This document shows, one piece after another, positions 52,675 through 64,000 of a DNA stretch of 64,000 bases (positions are counted from its first letter, which is position 1; every line of letters starts with the position of its first letter). The DNA lies in contig NC_043003.1 in NCBI RefSeq assembly GCF_006345805.1, positions 24,242,001 through 24,306,000 of the forward strand. Direction: 5' to 3'. This DNA is from Octopus sinensis (taxonomy: Eukaryota). The translations under genes were made by a program, and so were the position numbers. The notes under the pieces were generated by a model. The model had not been told where the DNA came from. It ran no database searches and was given only the letters and a program-made list of their open reading frames with translations.

Positions 52675-53038
52675 CGGGTTCAGTCCCACTGCGTGGCACC
52701 TTGGGCAAGTGTCTTCTACTACAGCCTCGGGCCGACCAAATCCTTGTGAGTGGATTTGGTAGACGGAAACTGAAAGAAGCCCGTCGTATATATGTATATA
52801 TATGTATGCGTGTGTGTGTTTGTGTGTCTGTGTTTGTCCTCCTAGCATTGCTTGACAACCGATGCTGGTTTGTTTATGTCCCCGTTACTTAGCGGTTCGG
52901 CAAAAGAGACCGATAGAATAAGTACTGGGCTTACAAAAGAATAAGTCCAGGGGTCGAGTTGCTCGATTAAAGGCTGTGCTCTAGCATGGCCGCAGTCAAA
53001 TGACTGAAACAAGTAAAAGAATAAAAGAAATAAAGAAA
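52672..53038 (+). mobile_element. Young CORE-type SINE, A-box missing
   Basis: ttccgggttcagtcccactgcgtggcaccttgggcaagtg...catggccgcagtcaaatgactgaaacaagtaaaaga. Confidence 0.92.
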
Positions 53039-53524
53039 AATTGTCATGCTATAAAACTGAACCAATTGCTTGAATATTCGGTATCATGAAACTTAGAGTA
53101 ATGCTACAAGGAGCCTTTGACATTGAGTACTTTTCTCACTTGCTAAACTGAAATAGTTTTAAACTCAGAAATACGCGCGTGTGCACGCACACAATATACA
53201 CACACACACAAGTGCACATAAATATATGTGTTTGTATATCTATATAAATAGACATTAACGGAGAGAAATAGACAGACAGCGACATGCATACACACACACT
53301 CACACATGCATACACATATACATACATATATACATACATCTATATATATAGCTATATATAGATATAAGTGCACACGTCAGTGGGCGTTATGTGTAAGTAT
53401 ATTTTAAAAAGATTGAATTTGATCGTCTTTAAGCAAGTATGTGATGGTGCATTAATGTGTGTGTATATATAAATATATATATATATATATATGTATATAT
53501 ATGTATGTATATATGTATGTATTA

Positions 53525-53563
<39 letters not shown>

Positions 53564-53633
53564 ATATATATGTACGTATGTATGTATATATGTATATGTA
53601 TGTATATATGTATATACCAACATTTATATATAT

Positions 53634-53712
<79 letters not shown>

Positions 53713-54237
53713 GTGTGTATATATATATATATACACATTCATACATGCATACGTACATATGTCCATATATATGAGTAAATATACATGTACATTTGTATGA
53801 GAATATTTCTGAAGCGATAATATGTAACTGTGTAAATGCGTTTAGAAGCTTTTGATGATTGTTGTTTTTCTTTTTCTTTCTTCTTTTTTTCTTCTTTCTT
53901 GTTGTTGTTCTTATGTTTGTGTTTGTGTGCGAATGAAGTGCCTCGATTCCATCGCGGCCAAATTATAAAATGTTTCAGTTAACTACACAATTCATCGACC
54001 GAATTCCTTTGGGGCAAAATATTTAATGAACACTGCAGAACGAAGAATCAAAATACAAATACAAATACAAAACAAAACAAAAGTTGTTAAGAATATTAAC
54101 AACAACATTTCTAATAATAACAACAGCAACAGCAACAACAACAACAACAACAACAACAAGTGTATGAACATCTTCAAGATAAAGCCTGTATTACTATTTC
54201 CATTTAGCAGTGCTGTATTTTCTAATTATAAATATAC

Positions 54238-54341
<104 letters not shown>

Positions 54342-54589
54342 GTACACACACACACGCACACACATACATATGTATATGTATAATACATATATATATAATA
54401 TATAATTTCATATACAATATATATATATATATGTATATATATGGTAATATATATATGTGTATATATATAATGTAATAATTTGAATTCGCCTTAAATGGTC
54501 CCTTTGCATACTGAATACTTGGTGAAATTGATTAATTAATTAATTTTACCCTCGATTGTTGAAATTATAATTCATCTCTCTCTATTTAA

Positions 54590-54843
54590 ATGCCTCGGTT
54601 TTACCGAAAAAACATAGTGGTTGCTGATTTTAACCCACGCTGGTGGAAAGGGGAGAGCAGAAATTCTTCGCTTGCATATTTGAGCTTGCTGGCACTGTTA
54701 GTTTCGAGCAGATCTTCAGAAGCGATAAGAAGCCGAAAGGGTATGCTCCCACTTTCAGTGTTTTTCAAATCCAAACCAGGAGTTCTGAGCTGATGATAGA
54801 AGTGTCGAGTTTGACTAATCTGGAAACGTACGTTCTCAAATAA
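54590..54843. other. Non-repetitive exon-like island (candidate GST-like relic on + or exon on -)
   Basis: Higher GC, several open frames; + strand GRAEILRL / IFELAG across a +1 shift; - strand 100-aa ORF with ttccag / gtaaaa splice-like sites. Confidence 0.3.
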
Positions 54844-55210
54844 CCTTTGCATTTGATTTTTTAATGTCTCTACCCCCATACTTTCGTGAGTTGAATTGAG
54901 CAAACACTATATGAGAGAGGTTTTCTTTAAGTATTAGAAATAGTTTTAAAAAAGTTTTTTTAGCTGCTATTTCTAATGAGTTCAGTATGCGGCAAAGTAA
55001 TTTATTTTACTAAGCCCTTTTATATAATGTAATATATATATAACATATATATATATATTACCATATTGCATATATAATTATACACATATATAATCATATA
55101 CGTAAACATATATTACATATACTATATGTATTTTGTATGTATTTTTACTTCTAATATTTCATTTCATGTGCATATATGCATAATATGCATGTGCTTATGT
55201 ATGTGTAATC

Positions 55211-55263
<53 letters not shown>

Positions 55264-55434
55264 ATATAATATATATATATATATACATATATTGTATATA
55301 TATGTAGATATATATGTACATATATATATAATTTAAATACTTTATATAAATTAAATACACCTACACATACATGTGTGTGCTTGTGTGTGTGTATTTTTAC
55401 ATAGATACATAAGGATGAATAAAAGTGTTAGCTA

Positions 55435-55780
55435 TGTAGGTGTGGTAAGTGGTGATGATGTGGGTGGTGACGTGTCGTAATGTTGTTGTGGATGGTAATG
55501 TGTGGGAGTGTTGTTGGAGTGTTTGATATGAATGTGGCTCTAGTCATGGTGGTGTTGTCAATAGTTGTGATGGTAATGGTGGTGGTGGTGATCGTCGTCG
55601 TTGTCGTGGTCATGGTGGGCGTGATGGCGGCGGCGGCGGCGGCGATGGAAATAATTTGGGGTTTATAGTGATGATAGGGTTGGTGGTAACGATGGGGTTG
55701 GTGGTAACGACGGGATTTGTTGTAGTGGTGATGGTGGTGATGGTCGCCGTCACCATTGAGGTGATGGCGTTGTAGCATGT
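55435..55780. repeat. GT-rich cryptic trinucleotide low-complexity tract
   Basis: Mixed GGT/GAT/GTC/GGC triplets. Confidence 0.85.
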
Positions 55781-56542
55781 GTATACTCATAGATTCTCAA
55801 GTCCAAAAATTCCTGCAGAGCACAGAACATAGGATTTTGTGCAAAATTGCTTCCATACTCCACAAAAACAAAACCTGGCTGGACCTGTGTACGTTCCACG
55901 CTAAATAAAACTTATTTCTATTTGATGCATAAATTTATAAATCTTCATGACATTACTTCAGTATATTAAATCCGAATTTCCTTTATCCTATTCTATTGTT
56001 AATTCGTTATATTATTTGGTAAGACAGAGAGCTGGCAGGCTCGTTAGCGTGTCGGACAAAATGCATAGCGGGAATTCTTTCGGCTCTTTACTGCGTAGGC
56101 TTCAAATCCCGATCGTGTTCGACTTTTCCTTTTACCCTTTCTGGGACGATAAGACTAGTAACAGTTGAGAACTAGCGTTGTTATTCACGAACCCCTTTCT
56201 ACTATAATGGCTAGCCTTGCTGGCCTTGTTTCAAAAATTCACATCAATTATATTTTTTTTATAATTAAGCTGCCGAAATGGCAGAATCGTGAGAGCGTCG
56301 CACAAAATGTGTAACGTGATTTCATCAGGCTCTCCACGTTCTAAGCTTGTAGCATAATGAATTCATGTCATGTATGTGACAACATAGCTGACTTTATTGT
56401 TCTGAATTTCTCTTCAGCTTCATATAGAGACCAAAATTTAAGGAGTGAAACTTTGGAATTTTGGTATATTGTCGTAAATTTACTATCAAAACTCACAAGC
56501 AGAAATTTGTATTACCAGGAAAATTGACTTCATATTATTCAA

Positions 56543-56757
56543 GACGGCGAGCTGGCAGAAACGTTAACACGCCGGGCGAAATGCTTAGCGGTATTTCGTT
56601 CTGAGTTCAAATTCCGCCGAGGTCGACTTTGCCTTTCATCTTTTCGGGGTCGATAAATTAAGTTACACACTGGGGTCGATGTAATCGACTTAATCCGTTT
56701 GTCTGTCCTTGTTTTTCCCCTCTATGTTTAGCCCCTTGTGGGTAATAAAGAAATAAG
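56543..56757 (+). mobile_element. Nin/Deu-like tRNA SINE, near full length (older relatives at 56027-56345)
   Basis: ggcgagctggcagaaacg head, gagttcaaattcc B-box, gcctttcatcttttcggggtcgataaa core, tail ccccttgtgggtaataaagaaata. Confidence 0.88.
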
Positions 56758-57027
56758 AATGTCAGCTATTTTGTTCTTTACCCAATTTGTTAGTAGACGA
56801 AATACAATCGAACTAGGTTTTTCATTGCTGAGACTCCAAACTCAACGTCTGTAACAACTGACAGAGGGAACACATGAACATTATTATTCATTCACTGGTC
56901 TCACCGATTTCACTCGGGTTATGCAATCAAGTACATTAATTGCCCATATATAGACCAGTGGTAATTTTATTATTCAGAACATACACAGGTTCACACACAA
57001 ATATATCAATTCATTCAAACAGACACA

Positions 57028-57293
57028 TTGTTTGTTCCTTCTCGAGCCATACCTGGTTCATAAATGCCGGTTTCCCGGTTTGCTTAGCGTATAGGTTCCC
57101 CCACCTGGACGGGACGCCGGTCTGTCGCAGGTGAGCGAAAGAGTCAGCGGAAGTTCGCCATTACATTCTGCCGGAGCCGCGTGGAGCTTAGGTGTTTCGC
57201 TCATAAACACACACATCGCCCGGTCTGAGATTCGAACCTGCGATCCCTCGACCGCGAGTCCGCTGCTCTAACAACTAGGCCATGTGCCGCCAC
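57028..57293 (-). mobile_element. tRNA SINE (same subfamily as 20271-20566)
   Basis: Reverse-complement match to 20271-20566. Confidence 0.9.
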
Positions 57294-57559
57294 TACACAA
57301 ACACATGCTCACGCCTATATATGTCACGGAGCAAACGAATTACTCCAATAAGATATTTTCTCTACAATTAACCTGTTTTGTGTTCTCCTCCGTCTGAGAG
57401 GATTAGACTTAACTACAGCTTATCCAGTGAAATACATTCATGCATACATACATACATACATACATACATACATACATACATACATACATTCATGCATACA
57501 TACATACATACATACATACATACATACATACATACATACATACATACATACATCCTTTT

Positions 57560-58060
57560 ATTCTTTTATGTGTTTTAGCCCAAAGGTTGTGATCATAAAG
57601 GGACACACTTGGTGTTATCACCTTTTCAATGGCAAGTGTTATTTGATTGGCTTTTAGTGAAAGACGGAGTTCGAATTTGCTGCCCTCTTCTGAGTTTCTT
57701 GCCACGAGGTAAGTTCATCTGGGATCTTGGTTAGTAGGTGGTGAAGTTGTTTGTTAAAAATACCTACCCCTACTCCATGTGGTAATCTTAGATATTTTAG
57801 CAAGGTATTAAACAGCTATAGGCTCTTAAATCCCAAGCAGTGGGAGTACATGATCCACACGCTAGGCGGAATGGACGGAACATTTGAAACTGTGCAGTGA
57901 CTTCATCAGTAGCAAGCAAAACAGATTTAGTTTCTACTCTGCGTCCCTTGGGTGTCGAAATCACGAAGATATCCGTCCGTTAGATAACTGATGATAGAGA
58001 TTCCCCAGTTGTGCTTAACTGGATTTCCTTGTAATTATGACTTTACTGGCTGATAATATC
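57560..58060 (-). pseudogene. Highly decayed relic of the CR1-group LINE 3' end
   Basis: Minus strand LGFKSL*LFNTL matches LGFRGPQLFNIL of the 35764-37191 copy; degenerate tail motif near 57580. Confidence 0.45.
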
Positions 58061-58309
58061 CGCTGCTTTTTTGGTTGTTTTTTGACTTCCATATTGTTTG
58101 ATGTTTGTCTTGTTCTAGTGTTTATTACAGGGATTATATATATATATATTTAGATCATATCTGATCCTAGATGGAGTTAGCTGCGAAATTAGATATAGTT
58201 TTGCCCACACTGTCTCTAAATAATTATGGTTTAGCATGAACATGTTGTCGTTATAAGGCGAGAATAAAAAATACACATTATCTATCTATCAATCTATCTA
58301 TCTATCAAT

Positions 58310-58352
<43 letters not shown>

Positions 58353-58507
58353 GAGAGAGGAGAGAGAGAGGAGAGGAGGGAGAAAGAGAGCGAGAGTGAA
58401 AGACAGACAGACTGACATATAGACAGGCAGGCATCAGGCAGGTAGGCAGACAGGCAGGCAGGCGACAGAGAGACAGACAGGCAGATAGATAGATAGATAG
58501 ATAGATA

Positions 58508-58657
58508 TTTTCTTTATTAGCCACACAGGGCTGCACACAGATAGAACAATACAAGGTAGAGCTTTTCTTTTGAAGGTATTAAAAAAAAAAAAAAAAAAGA
58601 AGGGGGAGGTTCGATCAAAAGGGATCGTAAAAGGAGAGAAGGGAAAAAAATAAGGGG

Positions 58658-58693
<36 letters not shown>

Positions 58694-58784
58694 GGGAGAG
58701 GAAAAAAAAATGATCAATAGGGATCGTTACCACAGAAATGTCAATATGAAGTGTAAAGGGGAGGACAGGTGAGGTTTACCCGTG
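58508..58784 (-). mobile_element. Retroposon 3' UTR fragment (T/C-rich, ends AATAAAGAAAA) inserted in (GATA)n
   Basis: Sharp insertion within GATA array; poly-T tracts and polyadenylation-like end on minus strand. Confidence 0.6.
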
Positions 58785-58802
58785 AGATAGATAGATAGAT
58801 AG

Positions 58803-58907
<105 letters not shown>

Positions 58908-58967
58908 GTACTGCATGTATGAATGTCTGCACATATATGTACACGTATTCATATATAAATGTGTGTG

Positions 58968-59029
<62 letters not shown>

Positions 59030-59909
59030 ACTATATATATATATATATATAGTATGTCTGTATCTATGTATGAATGTATGTATGTATGTATGTAGGTATA
59101 TTGTATGTATGTATGCATGTAGTATGAATGTATGTATGTATGCATGTATATATATATATTTATACATATATATTATACAGATTTATATGCATAGTATGTA
59201 TGTGTGTGTGTGTGTATGTAGGCATATGTTATGCATCAATAGAAGGAGTGTCTAAATTAAAAGATGGATAAGGAAATATTAATAAATAAAGAAGGGGAGA
59301 AAGAATAGGAGAGATGGTGTAACATGTTTCTAACATATACTACTTTTTTTGCGCCGAAACAACAATGAAAGATCCGGTTGAGAAAATTAATTCTTTCATA
59401 TATTAGTATAGATACATGAACCCTGTTCATCCGCTAACCTCACGAATATTCATCGATTAATCATGACGCTGAGTTTTCGAAAGCTCGACATAATGTCTTC
59501 TCTTATAGATACCAGGTCATTTACAGAATGCCAAATAACTGCCATAAAAACGCAGCAATAATTTCTAGCCATGTAGAAACTGAAAATTACAATTGTCGCT
59601 AATATCCTAGGATACTCTATGTTAGATAAATGTTCGTGTGACAAGTCATTATTATAGATTATGTTTGTACGTACACTGATATTATAAAACTAAGTCCAAA
59701 ATGTTTCTGCTAGTCTGCCGGGAGATATTCTCTCGATAAGAAAATAGTAACGACTATATCTCACTTAAATAATAGGCACCTAACTTTGAAATAACTATAT
59801 GTACACATTGAAGATTGTGGTCCTTAATATGGCATGTCAGAAAACAGAGCTATGGTCAAGACCAACATACATTTCTGTTGTTGCCGTTGCCATTAGTACT
59901 GCCATTCCT

Positions 59910-59976
<67 letters not shown>

Positions 59977-60000
59977 GAGGAGGAGGAGGAGGAGGAGGAG

Positions 60001-60032
<32 letters not shown>

Positions 60033-60035
60033 TTG

Positions 60036-60088
<53 letters not shown>

Positions 60089-60093
60089 GGTAG
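59910..60093. repeat. (GTA)n-(GGA)n-(GTA/GTG)n compound microsatellite
   Basis: Directly visible. Confidence 0.95.
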
Positions 60094-60237
60094 TTGGGAA
60101 GGCTATTGCTGCTATTAGGGTTAGATAGCACCTCAGCTGTCCGACCCCTTGGTTTCGCATTGACCTCCCACTGGGCATCTGTTGTAGTCTCTTTGTGAGC
60201 ATCCCGCTTCTGCTTGTGGTCTGGGGATGTTAATTAA

Positions 60238-60369
60238 AGTTTAACCCTCGGGAAGGTGAGAAAGTCTTTTACGTTTCAAGCTTACGCTCTTCAACAAAAG
60301 GGAACACGAGAAAATAAACAGAGTGAGAGGATAAAAAAGGCTTTAGTGGCTAGCGGTCGATCATGGCGA
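60238..60369 (-). mobile_element. Solo PLE pLTR fragment homologous to 10733-10860
   Basis: ctcgggaag..aagtcttt.acgtttc.agc.tac.ctct...tagtgg.tagcg..tcatggcga shared. Confidence 0.75.
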
Positions 60370-60515
60370 TATCTCGCCCAGATTTATTATTGCTTATATA
60401 TATATATATATTAAGATTAATGTAAAAAATAACGCTGAAAGCAAAGTAACGCCAAATATATAGTGCGTGTGCTTGTATTGGCTAAACTGGCAAAATGATA
60501 TTCCTAAATCCAACA

Positions 60516-60587
<72 letters not shown>

Positions 60588-61454
60588 TCACAATGGACTA
60601 CTACAGAGTCTGTCTCTACCTATGTATTGCATTTACAAGACAATCACACCAGGCCTATAGTGGAAGGTACTTGCCCAAGTTTCCGCATAGTGGTATTCAG
60701 TTCAAAACCACTTGATTGAAAAAAGAACTTCTGAAGCACACAATCATGCTTTCTATGTTAAAGATCGAAATGGATTTCATTGTATATCTACTCGAAAAGT
60801 GATGTCCAATCATTAAACAACCATAAAAGGATTGCGTGATAGTGTCTTAAAAAGACAGGGTTTCGTTCAGTAGTTTATAGAAACCCGTGTATTTAGGATA
60901 GTGGTGCAGTTAAACCAGCAAGTCTTTGAATGGTAAGAATCTCGATGACATAAAGTGCTTGATCATTAAGAATTCAATTGCAACAGCTGGAATTATGCGG
61001 TAGTTTATCAGTATTATAAGTACAGAAGAGCGAGGCTTTAAATTACAAATATTTACAATGTGTATAGGGTTTTAATACACAAACTAAACCAATATTTGTG
61101 GGCGCTGAGAAGTTATTAAAACTGACAAAAAAAGGTACGAATTGAAAAGTTATTGAGATTGCCTCAAACACGAAACACACAAAAGAAAAAATAGGAAAAA
61201 AAAAACTAATCTGATATTGTAATAAAGACGCATTTGTGATAATATAAAGAGAAATGTACGTGTAGGAAAGCTTAAATAGGCGCACGCAGACATACACTCA
61301 CATACACATACACATACACATAAAACGAAGATTAAACGACCCTACGAAAATAGGAAATGCGGCATTACTTGAGAAGGAAGAAGTAGGGTGGAGTAGAGAA
61401 ACATGCCTTAACTTCGCTGTCGCAATGAAAACAACAGCAAAAGTAACATTGATA

Positions 61455-61470
61455 ATAACAGCAATAAATA

Positions 61471-61514
<44 letters not shown>

Positions 61515-61627
61515 TGATAATATATAACACAACAACAACAACAACATAATAATAATAATAATAATAATAATAATAGTGATAATAATAATAATAATAATGG
61601 TAATAATAATAATAATAATAATAGTAA

Positions 61628-61684
<57 letters not shown>

Positions 61685-61807
61685 TAATAGTAATAACACA
61701 ACAACAACAACAACAATAATAATAATAATAATATAATAATAATAATAATAATGTGATAATAATAATAATAATAATGGTAATAATAATAATAATAATAATA
61801 ATAGTAA

Positions 61808-61858
<51 letters not shown>

Positions 61859-61939
61859 TAATAGTAATAACAACAACAACAACAACACAATAATAATAAT
61901 AATAATAATAATAATATAGTGATAATAATAATAATAATA

Positions 61940-61982
<43 letters not shown>

Positions 61983-62099
61983 TAATAATATAATAATAAT
62001 ATAATAGTAATAATAATAATAATAATAATAGTAATAATAATAATAATAATAATAATAGTAATATAAAATAATAATAATATAATAGTAATAATAATAATA

Positions 62100-62130
<31 letters not shown>

Positions 62131-62231
62131 TAGTAATAATAATAATAATAGTAATAATAATAATAATAAGTAAATAATAATAATATATAATAATAATAAT
62201 AATAATATATAATAATAGTAATAAATAATAT

Positions 62232-62273
<42 letters not shown>

Positions 62274-62592
62274 GTAATAATAATAATAAAAAAATATAAT
62301 AATAATGATAATAATGTTGTTATTGTTATCGTCATCGTCGTTGGCATCATTCTCAACAGCAAAATCATCGTCCTCATCGTCATCATAATCACCATCATCA
62401 TTATTATTTTTTATGGTTTTTGTTATTGTTGTTGTTGTTGTTGTTGTCGTCGTTGTTACTGTTCGGGGCGTGTTGCTGACGTAAAGTTCTTAAGAATATT
62501 TATATAATAAGGATTATTACGAGTACAATAAGCAGTTGGCAAGAAAAGTGGAAGCAGAAAATAATAATGATAATAATAACAACAACAACAAC

Positions 62593-62651
<59 letters not shown>

Positions 62652-62883
62652 AATAACAACGATAACAGCAACAACAAAAATAATAACAATAATAATAAAA
62701 ACAATAATGATTATAACAGCTACAGCAGCAACAATAATAATAATAATAACAATAATAATAACGACAATAATAATAATAATAATAATAACAACAACAACAA
62801 TAATAATAATAATAATAATAATAATACAGTAACAACAGCAGCAACAGCAACAACGACAATAATAATAATAATAGTAATACAGT

Positions 62884-62916
<33 letters not shown>

Positions 62917-62934
62917 AATAATAATAATAATAAA

Positions 62935-62965
<31 letters not shown>

Positions 62966-63083
62966 AAGAAGAAGAAGAAGAAAGAAGAAGAAGAAGAAGA
63001 AGAAAAACATCAATAAAAACAATAATAATTATAACAGCTACAGCAGGAACAATAATAATAATAATAACAATAATAATAACGAC

Positions 63084-63123
<40 letters not shown>

Positions 63124-63155
63124 GTAATACAGTAACAACAACAACAACAACAATA

Positions 63156-63230
<75 letters not shown>

Positions 63231-63340
63231 TAATAATAATATCAATTAAAACAACAATAATAATAATAATAATATTAATAATAATGATGATGATGATACA
63301 ATAACAACAACAGCTATAGCAATAACCCTATAACAATGAT
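61455..63340. repeat. Two long (AAT)n/(AAC)n arrays with internal higher-order duplications and an (AAG)n block
   Basis: Directly visible; source of poly-I/Y/L ORFs. Confidence 0.95.
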
Positions 63341-63742
63341 AAAATATAAACGAAGTTATCTGCTTATCTGCATGCAGGTTCTGAAGTATTCGTCAATCAT
63401 TTTCTAAAGTACGACTTTATTGTTTTCAATGGCTTTCGTTTCAAAATTCTCGTTATATGTTCGCTCTCTTTTTTCTCTCTCCCGTTCTCCTCTCTCTCTC
63501 TCTCACTCCCTCTCTCTCATTCGCTCTCTCTCACACTTTCTGTCTATATATGCGTGTGTGTATGTGTGTCTGTATGTGTCTGTCTGTGTGTGTGCGCGCA
63601 CACGCGTGTGTATATGTATATACACATGTTTATATATATGTATATATATATATATATGTATGTATATGTGTATATATATATATGTATATATATATATACA
63701 TATACGTATATATACATATATATATGTATATATATGTATATA

Positions 63743-63775
<33 letters not shown>

Positions 63776-64000
63776 GTATATATATATATACATGTATATA
63801 TGCGGAGATATAGATATATATGTGGGTGTGTATATATGTATACATATATATGTGTGTGTGTGTGTATCACTTTCTCTCTGGCTTCCTAATGTCTCTCTTC
63901 CTCTCTCTCTCTCTATCTCTCTCTCTCTCTCTCTCTCGATATATATATATATATATATATTTATATACTATATCATTCACTCTTTTTTACCTTTCTCAGT

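Noticed and set aside
54692-54722. Minus-strand CTGAAGA-tctgctc-GAAAC-taaca-GTG hammerhead-like string
   Set aside because: No stem II pairing and the cleavage triplet would be GUG; likely chance
55428-55790. His/Thr/Ala-rich 120-aa ORF
   Set aside because: Product of cryptic trinucleotide low complexity
59799-60202. Poly-V/G and poly-T/P ORFs resembling mucin or formin segments
   Set aside because: Pure (GTA)n/(GGA)n microsatellite with no codon variation

Overview
AT-rich eukaryotic DNA packed with microsatellites ((TA)n, (TACA)n, (GATA)n, (AAT)n, (CA)n) and transposable-element debris. The SINE families and repeat spectrum suggest a cephalopod (Octopus-like) intergenic or intronic region; this is inference. 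No intact host gene, rRNA, true tRNA or CRISPR array can be supported, and almost all ORF-track entries are microsatellite read-throughs. Recognisable elements are a 5'-truncated Penelope-like element (RT + GIY-YIG, 10.7-12.7 kb), a 5'-truncated CR1-group LINE (35.8-37.2 kb) with an older relic, an R4/Dong-like REL-endonuclease LINE with an inverted RT piece (39.0-39.8 kb), an internally deleted mariner (48.3-48.8 kb), a full-length decayed IR-DR Tc1 (49.5-51.1 kb), a composite Helitron that splits a SINE (6.5-8.1 kb), a hairpin MITE, and many tRNA-derived SINEs. The most interesting signals are: (i) hammerhead-ribozyme cores in small repeats, including a variant with a 59-nt stem II; (ii) two apparent SINE/LINE shared 3'-tail pairs, one with a covarying hairpin; (iii) SINE-internal microsatellites acting as insertion sites; (iv) modular head/tail shuffling among SINEs; (v) a possible GST/S-crystallin-like relic or exon at 54.6-54.9 kb. 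All coordinates were read by eye, so element ends are approximate unless termini are quoted.
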